64,000 nt of DNA, from the IMG/VR virus record IMGVR_UViG_3300048910_000074; one strand, given 5' to 3'. Position 1 is the first letter of the stretch, and each line of letters starts with the position of its first letter. Of the stretch, positions 57,744 to 64,000 are shown piece after piece. A program made the position numbers and the translations under genes. The DNA is from a virus. The notes beneath the pieces were generated by a model that was given only the letters and a program-made list of their open reading frames with translations, made no database searches and was not told the origin of the DNA.

Positions 57744-60700
57744 ATGGCATCGGTTTACACCGACCTCGGACCCGGTGAAGTCACCGAGACGAAGACGATC
57801 CGTGGTCGTACTGAGTACCGCGTGGCCGCTCATGACGGCAGCTTTGACATGTGGCTTCCGGCCACCAAGATCGGCTTCGCCGACGTCGACACTGACAACT
57901 CGGTCAATCTCCCGTACAACCCCACCCCGCAGTACGGCGTCGGCGCGCTGACAGACGCCACGATCCAGCCGATCCACGAGATCGACCCGGACAAGCGTCT
58001 GCACCCTGCCGACAGCCTCAGCTTCGATTCGCGTGGCGAGAGCGAGGGTGGCAACGAGCCGGGCCCCGCAGCTCACCTGTTCGCCGCTGGCATCGACGTC
58101 GACATGAGCGGTTCGACCGGTCTGCCGTCGTCCAGCTTGCCGTACGGTGCTGGTGGCATCCAGCAGGGCCACGACGACGCTCACGCCGACTGGATGGCCA
58201 ACCACGGCGGTCCCGGTGGTGACGCGTGGGAGCACGAGTCCCCGTACTACAACGGCCAGCACCCTTCCCAGGATTACCTGGACGCTCAGGGCGGCGGAGG
58301 GGAACCGCACGACACTCCTCCGGATGACTGGCACCCCAGCGACGAGTACGGCGACCTGAATCAGCCGTACCCGGCAGACACCTGGCGCGGCCAGGATGCC
58401 GAGATGAACCGCTTCGGCGGCTACCGGCAAGCCGACGTGCTGGAGGGCGCACCAACGCGCTTCGAGCCGGACATGATCGTCAACGACACCGATGATGAGT
58501 TCCTGCATAACCAGGACGTCGAGAAGGACGAGCGCGAGACCACCGGTCCCGACGGCATCGTTCACTTCGCTCGTCAGCACACCGCGTGGGCTGCGGCCAT
58601 TCCGGCTGTCGCCGAGGCTATCGGTCCGGCGGTGGCCCGAGGTGTGGGCATGGGAGCTGCTGAGAGCGCGCTCGGTGGTGGTGACGAGGACCCCGGACAG
58701 AATGGCGGGACCCCGCAGTCCGGCGCGGAGTCCGTCAATGGAGCCATGGACCAGATGGCACCCGATGGCCACCCGTTGCCCATTCCGGGCCTGGAGGGCA
58801 CCGGCTGGGGTGATCTGACTCAGAAGCGCGGCAGCACCGGACACAACCTGGATTCCCGGTACGCCGAGATCATCGCGGCTCACGATCCGAGCGACAAGGT
58901 GGCTCAGTTCCGGCATGATCCGGACGCTTTCATCAACCGTGTCGGTCATGTGGAGTTCGAGGGACTGAACCCTCGTATGGCCAGCTACATCGACATGGTG
59001 GACGCTGACGAGAGCCTCCGCACCGCCGCATGGAAGGACGTTCGCGAGAAGGCCACCCGCCTGCGCCGCGAGGGCCGTGTGCACGTCAAGGACGTCGGCC
59101 CGGATCGCATCTACGCTTCGGTGCAGGGCGACCATGGCACCTACGACGTCATGATCAAGAAGGGCGGTGCGTTCGGCGGCTTCGGCGGCGGACACGCCGT
59201 CAGCAACTGGCACTGCAGCTGCGAGTGGGGCAAGTGGGCTTTCCAGCGCCGCTTCACCTTCATCGGTCGTCTGTGCAGCCACGGCTATGCCAGCTACCAG
59301 GAGATGCAATCTCAGCACCTCAAGGGCGTGAGTCAGAAGCGCAAGCGCGTGAACCCACGCAACCGCACCGCCTCGGATCAGACCGAGAAGGACTGGACAG
59401 TCGACGGCGACGTCCCGACCAGCGAACTGGGTCAGCTGCGCAGCTGGGCCGAGCAGGAGCATGACACCTGGAACGGCTCGCAGGCCGATCACGTGGACGA
59501 CGTCCAGGACACTGTCCAGCGCGCTCGCGATGAGGGTGTGGACGCTGACCAGTTGGTGGCCAGCCTGCATCGTCAGGCTGACAGCGCGTGGGACGCCCTG
59601 CAGCGTGCCCAGTCGGATTATCCGACCCAGGGTCAGGTGGACCCCAAGTCGGTGCAGACGTCGGCTCCGTCGACCGCTCCCAGCACCAATTTCGGTCCGG
59701 CTATCGGTGGCCCAGGGCAGCCTGCCTATCCCGGATACGCGGGCGGACAGCAGCACATCAACCCGACGCACGGCAAAGACGCCCCGAGCACGGGCCCGAA
59801 CTCTCCATCAGGCATCGGTACCGGCATCAACGGGCCACAGCCTGGCGGTGGCGCACCACCTGCCGCCCCGGCGGCTCCGGGTGCACCGGCAGCTCCCGCT
59901 CCGAGCCCTAGCGGCGGCACCTCTACCCCGATGAGCGACCCTGGTGGTGGTTCGGCCTCCCCAGGTACCGGCGGCATCGGTATGGGTGACTACAAGATTC
60001 AGTCCGGCGACACTCTGAGCGACATCGCGCAGCGGTCCGGCTACGGCGGCGACTACAACTCGCTGGCACAGCAGAATCACATCGCCGACCCGAACAAGAT
60101 CAACGCGGGCGACACCATCAAGATCGGTGATCCCAAGGCTAGTGCGGGCGAACAGCAGGCAGGTTCCGCCCCGAGCCCGGCTGCCCCGGCGTCGTCGGAA
60201 AGCGGAGCAAGCGTTGCTGCCCCGGTCAAGGTCAACACCGAGGCTGTGGGTGGCACCTCCTCGCCTGTGCAGACCGACACGTCGAACATGACCAGCGACA
60301 CCGGATCGGACACCTCCAGCGGAGCTGCTGGTGGTGGAGCGGGAGGTCAGAGCACGAGCCCTGGCTCCCCAGCTTCCGCCGCTGACGCCGCCACGGACGC
60401 CACCAAGACCAGCGCCCTGCAGGTGGAGGCTGACCGCGACTGGTTCGAGGCTGCCTACCCAGACCGGCAGTGGCACGATCACCTGCCGTTCAACGGCAGC
60501 GGTGGCCTCAATGTCACCGAGTGGGGTTCATCCAAGGAGAACGTCAAGGACAACTACTCCGACAACCTGCAGGACGTCACTGAGGAGCCGTCGGGAAGCT
60601 ATCTGACAGACACCGCCCCTCTGAAGGATATGCAGAAGGGCAAGGACCCGGTGACGGCCTCTGTCGGAATCCAGCGCGCCGGACATGGACCGCAGCGTCA

Positions 60701-61154
60701 GGCTGTGGAGCCTGTCGTGGTGCGCGAGCGCAAGCCGCGTCGTCCTGGCACCGCAGCGGTCGCTGTGGAAGCCGAGCACATTCCGGATGAGTTCGACCCG
60801 CTGGCTCCTCGTACGGCTGCCAGCTTCGATGACCCGTACGCGCAGAGCGACGCCGACGCGCACGCGGTGCTGGCTGCGGCCAACCGATCCAGCAACGACA
60901 TCGTGGCGCAATTCCAGGCCAACGGTGGCGGTGCGGTGTTCGTGGAGGCTCAGTCCGGCGGTGACCAGTATGACGACTTCGCCAGCTCCCCAGCGATTCG
61001 TCAGGCCATGCAGCGCACGGCAGGACGGAACTACTCGCTGGCTGAGCAGGACGCACTCATCCGTGAGGGCGACAAGGGCGGCGCGGGCAACCTGGGAGAC
61101 CTTCAGCTGGCTGGCACCCACTACGAGGCCATGAACTCCGTCGGCCTGTGGTGA
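57744..61154 (+). CDS. Large modular protein with SWIM zinc finger and LysM domain
   Basis: WHCSCEWGKW..LCSHGY (~59205-59290); YKIQSGDTLSDIAQR..LAQQNHIADPNKINAGDTIKI (~59990-60127). Confidence 0.8.
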   Translation: MASVYTDLGPGEVTETKTIRGRTEYRVAAHDGSFDMWLPATKIGFADVDTDNSVNLPYNPTPQYGVGALTDATIQPIHEIDPDKRLHPADSLSFDSRGESEGGNEPGPAAHLFAAGIDVDMSGSTGLPSSSLPYGAGGIQQGHDDAHADWMANHGGPGGDAWEHESPYYNGQHPSQDYLDAQGGGGEPHDTPPDDWHPSDEYGDLNQPYPADTWRGQDAEMNRFGGYRQADVLEGAPTRFEPDMIVNDTDDEFLHNQDVEKDERETTGPDGIVHFARQHTAWAAAIPAVAEAIGPAVARGVGMGAAESALGGGDEDPGQNGGTPQSGAESVNGAMDQMAPDGHPLPIPGLEGTGWGDLTQKRGSTGHNLDSRYAEIIAAHDPSDKVAQFRHDPDAFINRVGHVEFEGLNPRMASYIDMVDADESLRTAAWKDVREKATRLRREGRVHVKDVGPDRIYASVQGDHGTYDVMIKKGGAFGGFGGGHAVSNWHCSCEWGKWAFQRRFTFIGRLCSHGYASYQEMQSQHLKGVSQKRKRVNPRNRTASDQTEKDWTVDGDVPTSELGQLRSWAEQEHDTWNGSQADHVDDVQDTVQRARDEGVDADQLVASLHRQADSAWDALQRAQSDYPTQGQVDPKSVQTSAPSTAPSTNFGPAIGGPGQPAYPGYAGGQQHINPTHGKDAPSTGPNSPSGIGTGINGPQPGGGAPPAAPAAPGAPAAPAPSPSGGTSTPMSDPGGGSASPGTGGIGMGDYKIQSGDTLSDIAQRSGYGGDYNSLAQQNHIADPNKINAGDTIKIGDPKASAGEQQAGSAPSPAAPASSESGASVAAPVKVNTEAVGGTSSPVQTDTSNMTSDTGSDTSSGAAGGGAGGQSTSPGSPASAADAATDATKTSALQVEADRDWFEAAYPDRQWHDHLPFNGSGGLNVTEWGSSKENVKDNYSDNLQDVTEEPSGSYLTDTAPLKDMQKGKDPVTASVGIQRAGHGPQRQAVEPVVVRERKPRRPGTAAVAVEAEHIPDEFDPLAPRTAASFDDPYAQSDADAHAVLAAANRSSNDIVAQFQANGGGAVFVEAQSGGDQYDDFASSPAIRQAMQRTAGRNYSLAEQDALIREGDKGGAGNLGDLQLAGTHYEAMNSVGLW

Positions 61155-61189
61155 CCGTTCCGAGTGGCTAGAAGTAGGGAGGAGGTGCT

Positions 61190-64000
61190 GTGAGCACTCG
61201 GCACGTATTGGTCGGTGAACGGGTCCGTAACCCTAGCGGACAACAGATTCGCAAGATCATCGGCAAGAGCCATGTGGCGGCAAACTGGCGGATGAAGCCG
61301 GGGTACCTGTACACCGTGGTGCGCGCCATTAGCGCTCGCGTCAACCAGAACTTCGACGGCTGGCCTTCACACGAACTGAAGGAAGCCGCCCACACCTTCG
61401 TGGGCAAGCCGGTGTTTGTCAATCACGAGAACTTCAACCCCGAGAAGGCTCGTGGTGTGGTCGTGGCTGCCCGCTATATCGAGAACGGTCGCGACAAGTA
61501 CATCGAGACCGTCATGGAGATCGACGCAAAGCGGTTCCCCATCTTGGCCAAGGAGATCAAGGAGGGTGGACTTGACAGCGTCTCCATGGGCGCAGAGGCC
61601 GGGTTTACCATCTGCAGCGCCTGTGGCAACAAGGCCTATGACGAACCCGACATGTGCGACCACGTCAAGTTCCACAAGGGTCAGACCATCCGGGTCCGCA
61701 ACCGCAAGACCGGCAAGATCGAGGACAAACTGGTCTTCGAGTCCTGCCACAAGCTCAGCTTCTTCGAACTGAGCTACGTCTTCGATCCTGCAGATGAGAC
61801 TGCTGTGGCGTCCAAGGTTGTCGTGGGTGCCAAGCACGTGCACTCGGATACCTGCCAGCCAGGCCAGCCGTGCTGGGGTACCCGCATGCACAATGACAAG
61901 GCCGAGATCGGCGGCGGTGGTTCCGCCATCGCTGGGGGAAGCCCAGCGGTGCTTGGTCAGCCTGCAGGCAATCAGACTCAGAAGCCGGGCGCACCCGCTG
62001 CGACAGCTGGTGGCGGCGCACCGAGCAGGGACCTCACCGAGGCGCTGACCCGCGCGGGTATCGACCCGGCCATGCATCCGCTGATCTCGGGCTTCGCAGT
62101 GGCCGAGGGCAACAATCCGTCCGGCGCGCCAACACTGGGCTTCACCGATTCGCAGGCCGGTACCTCACTGGACAGCCACGCCCAGGCCTTGTCCAAGCAG
62201 ATCAAGGATCGCGCTTCGGTGTCTGGTGAGTTCCCCAAGGCCGGAACTCCCGAACAGCAAGCCTCGTGGATGGCCACCACTGTGGGGCAAAACGGAGTCC
62301 AGAGCGACTGGCAGGGCAATGCCCAGCCTGCCCGTTCGGATTACGTCAACAGCATCGTCAAGAACATGCCTGCCGCCGCCCCGGCGACGGCCACCACCAC
62401 GACCATGGCTCCGACGGCTACACCTCCGTCGGCCCCGGCTCCCAGCACCACGACGACCAGCTCCCCGGCGGCAGACGCTAACAAGGCCACGACGGCCATG
62501 GTGCGCCAGGCCGTGCTCAAGCGGCTGGCTGGCCATTCCGAACCAACTCGTATTCCAGTCAGCTTGAAGGAGCGCATCGCGATGGCCGTCTACCAGAAGG
62601 TCGCTTTCGGTGAGGTCGAAGCTCCACCGGAGGTGGACACCTTGCGTGAGGAAGGCACCGCGCCCGAGGACGACAACGACGACTTCCACCACTACGTGGA
62701 CGCTCCGCAAGAGCTGTCGATGCCGGACCTCTCCGACGCTGCCCGACTGGACCGCGCTCAGGACGAGAACGACCAGCAGGCCATGGACACCGGCACGCCG
62801 GGACCGAACAGCCCTGAAGGGGGACCGCCACCCGCTGGTGATCCCGGCGTGCAGGGTGACGAAGGGCAGTACATGACCCTCAAAATTCCAGTCCCGCAGC
62901 CTCAGCCTGCTGCCCCGGCTGGCCCCCCAGCACCTGCATCTCCACAGATGCCGATGCAGACATTCGGTTCCAAGCAGCTGCTGTCTTGGTTTGACCGTTA
63001 CTACGGCTACAGGGTTGCCCGTGACGTGACCCTGGAAAACGTCGCAGCAGATTCACCAACTAGTAGGAACTCCGTGAAAGGAACCGCCAACATGGCACGC
63101 AGCACTCTCGCCACCCGTCGCGCTACGGCGGGTACCCGGCATTTTGCCGAGGGTCCGTTGACCGATGGCGGCGACAAGTCGCGCAATGACGAGGGTGAGC
63201 AGGAGGAGGCCTTCATCACGCAGGTCCCCGCCGAGGACTCCACCTCGCTGCCCGACGAGGACACCTCCAACATCAGCAACACCGAAGGCAACCTGGTTGC
63301 CGATGAGGCTTACGCCCACAGCCTGACCGCCCGCATGCGTTCGCAGCAGGCCTCTCTAGAAGCCACGGCTCGGGAGTACAAGCTGGCTCTGGCTCAGGGT
63401 CTGATCAAGCGCGCCAACGGTGACGCAGGTGGCCCAACAGCCACCGAGGTCAACCCCGAGGTCCCGACGCCGTCCGCCGAGCAGCTGACTGGTGACGACT
63501 TCGACTCGGCTGACCCGAACCCGAGCATCGACACCTCGGTGGCCGGTCCGGGTACGACCACCCTGCCGATCGAGTCGAGCCTGCAGGCCTTCCGGGCCTT
63601 CGACAAGTGGCTGACCGCTGGCACCCGGAAGAGCGCCCGCCACCACAGCGAGTCCAACATCCGCAAGGCTGCCAAGCAGTTCGCCGACTACAACGGCATT
63701 TCTGTTCAGGCCATGTTCCCCGCACTGGGAATCGCGCTGCGAGAAGCACGAAAGGTCGAAGCAGCTAAGAAGTCCCAGTCGAAGAAGGTGAGCAACGTGC
63801 GCAAGCAGGCCGTGGACCTGGAGACCGCCGCTCCTGATGAGCGCATCAGCGTTCCGACTCCCGTCTCGAACACCACCGACGCTGAGGCTCAGGCCTCGCA
63901 GTTCGATGAGTCCGGTTGGGACAACAACGCCGGTAAGGACATCACTGATCCTGATCTGTCCACCGGTCAGAACTTCGCTCCGGGCCAGGCCCCGAAGACG
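61190..64000 (+). CDS. Capsid maturation protease fused to a scaffold-like region (runs off window end)
   Basis: GGAGG RBS + GTG; I translated the frame open through the protease domain and the internal start at 63092, and it appears open to the window end; NQNFDGW..EL..TFVGKPVFVNH..RG..VSMGA..CSACGN..CDH..FFELSYVFDPADETA. Confidence 0.8.
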   Translation, partial: MSTRHVLVGERVRNPSGQQIRKIIGKSHVAANWRMKPGYLYTVVRAISARVNQNFDGWPSHELKEAAHTFVGKPVFVNHENFNPEKARGVVVAARYIENGRDKYIETVMEIDAKRFPILAKEIKEGGLDSVSMGAEAGFTICSACGNKAYDEPDMCDHVKFHKGQTIRVRNRKTGKIEDKLVFESCHKLSFFELSYVFDPADETAVASKVVVGAKHVHSDTCQPGQPCWGTRMHNDKAEIGGGGSAIAGGSPAVLGQPAGNQTQKPGAPAATAGGGAPSRDLTEALTRAGIDPAMHPLISGFAVAEGNNPSGAPTLGFTDSQAGTSLDSHAQALSKQIKDRASVSGEFPKAGTPEQQASWMATTVGQNGVQSDWQGNAQPARSDYVNSIVKNMPAAAPATATTTTMAPTATPPSAPAPSTTTTSSPAADANKATTAMVRQAVLKRLAGHSEPTRIPVSLKERIAMAVYQKVAFGEVEAPPEVDTLREEGTAPEDDNDDFHHYVDAPQELSMPDLSDAARLDRAQDENDQQAMDTGTPGPNSPEGGPPPAGDPGVQGDEGQYMTLKIPVPQPQPAAPAGPPAPASPQMPMQTFGSKQLLSWFDRYYGYRVARDVTLENVAADSPTSRNSVKGTANMARSTLATRRATAGTRHFAEGPLTDGGDKSRNDEGEQEEAFITQVPAEDSTSLPDEDTSNISNTEGNLVADEAYAHSLTARMRSQQASLEATAREYKLALAQGLIKRANGDAGGPTATEVNPEVPTPSAEQLTGDDFDSADPNPSIDTSVAGPGTTTLPIESSLQAFRAFDKWLTAGTRKSARHHSESNIRKAAKQFADYNGISVQAMFPALGIALREARKVEAAKKSQSKKVSNVRKQAVDLETAAPDERISVPTPVSNTTDAEAQASQFDESGWDNNAGKDITDPDLSTGQNFAPGQAPKT

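Noticed and set aside
57729-59771. Long minus-strand ORFs (also 49938-52430, 38682-40013, 30204-31478, 26843-27832)
   Set aside because: They shadow well-supported + strand genes, lack motifs, and are expected from high-GC codon bias
1-64000. Integrated prophage or host chromosome
   Set aside because: No integrase, att site, repressor or host housekeeping operon in the window; the uniform strand and gene content fit a lytic phage segment

Overview
The window is a gene-dense, high-GC segment with essentially all genes on the + strand. It looks like part of a large lytic actinobacteriophage, probably a Bxz1/Myrna-like mycobacterial myovirus; this is inferred from the portal/protease architecture, tRNA cluster and PE-PPE gene, not from a database search. 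Layout: (i) ~1-9.6 kb nucleotide/NAD/RNA-repair genes (two NUMOD4-HNH endonucleases, ATP-grasp, metallophosphoesterase, HAD phosphatase, Prs-like + Nampt-like pair resembling NARP1, nucleotidyltransferase, beta-clamp-like); (ii) ~9.6-43 kb accessory region of small ORFs in cassettes behind two repeated promoter motifs, with HIT, vWA, CCA-adding enzyme, PE-PPE, DUF932, PnuC and NadR genes and clusters of structured or tRNA-like ncRNAs; (iii) ~45-64 kb NrdH, an ART-domain protein, a Ser/Leu/amber tRNA cluster, Pth2, very large low-complexity head-region proteins, portal, ThyX, a 2H phosphoesterase and a prohead protease/scaffold ORF running off the end. Top finding (24.9-26.8 kb): a TIGR-Tas-like RNA-guided system. 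A nuclease-less Nop/IS110-Tnp-domain gene (25471-26730) carries stem-loop guide units of the form stem-CCA-N9-YG-N3-CCCA-N9-YG-stem. There are 11 units, one of them truncated. Nine lie inside the open reading frame (4 N-terminal, 4 inside the Nop domain, 1 C-terminal) and two flank it, and an uncharacterised partner gene lies upstream. Family assignments come from motifs read by eye and need HMM/covariance-model confirmation.
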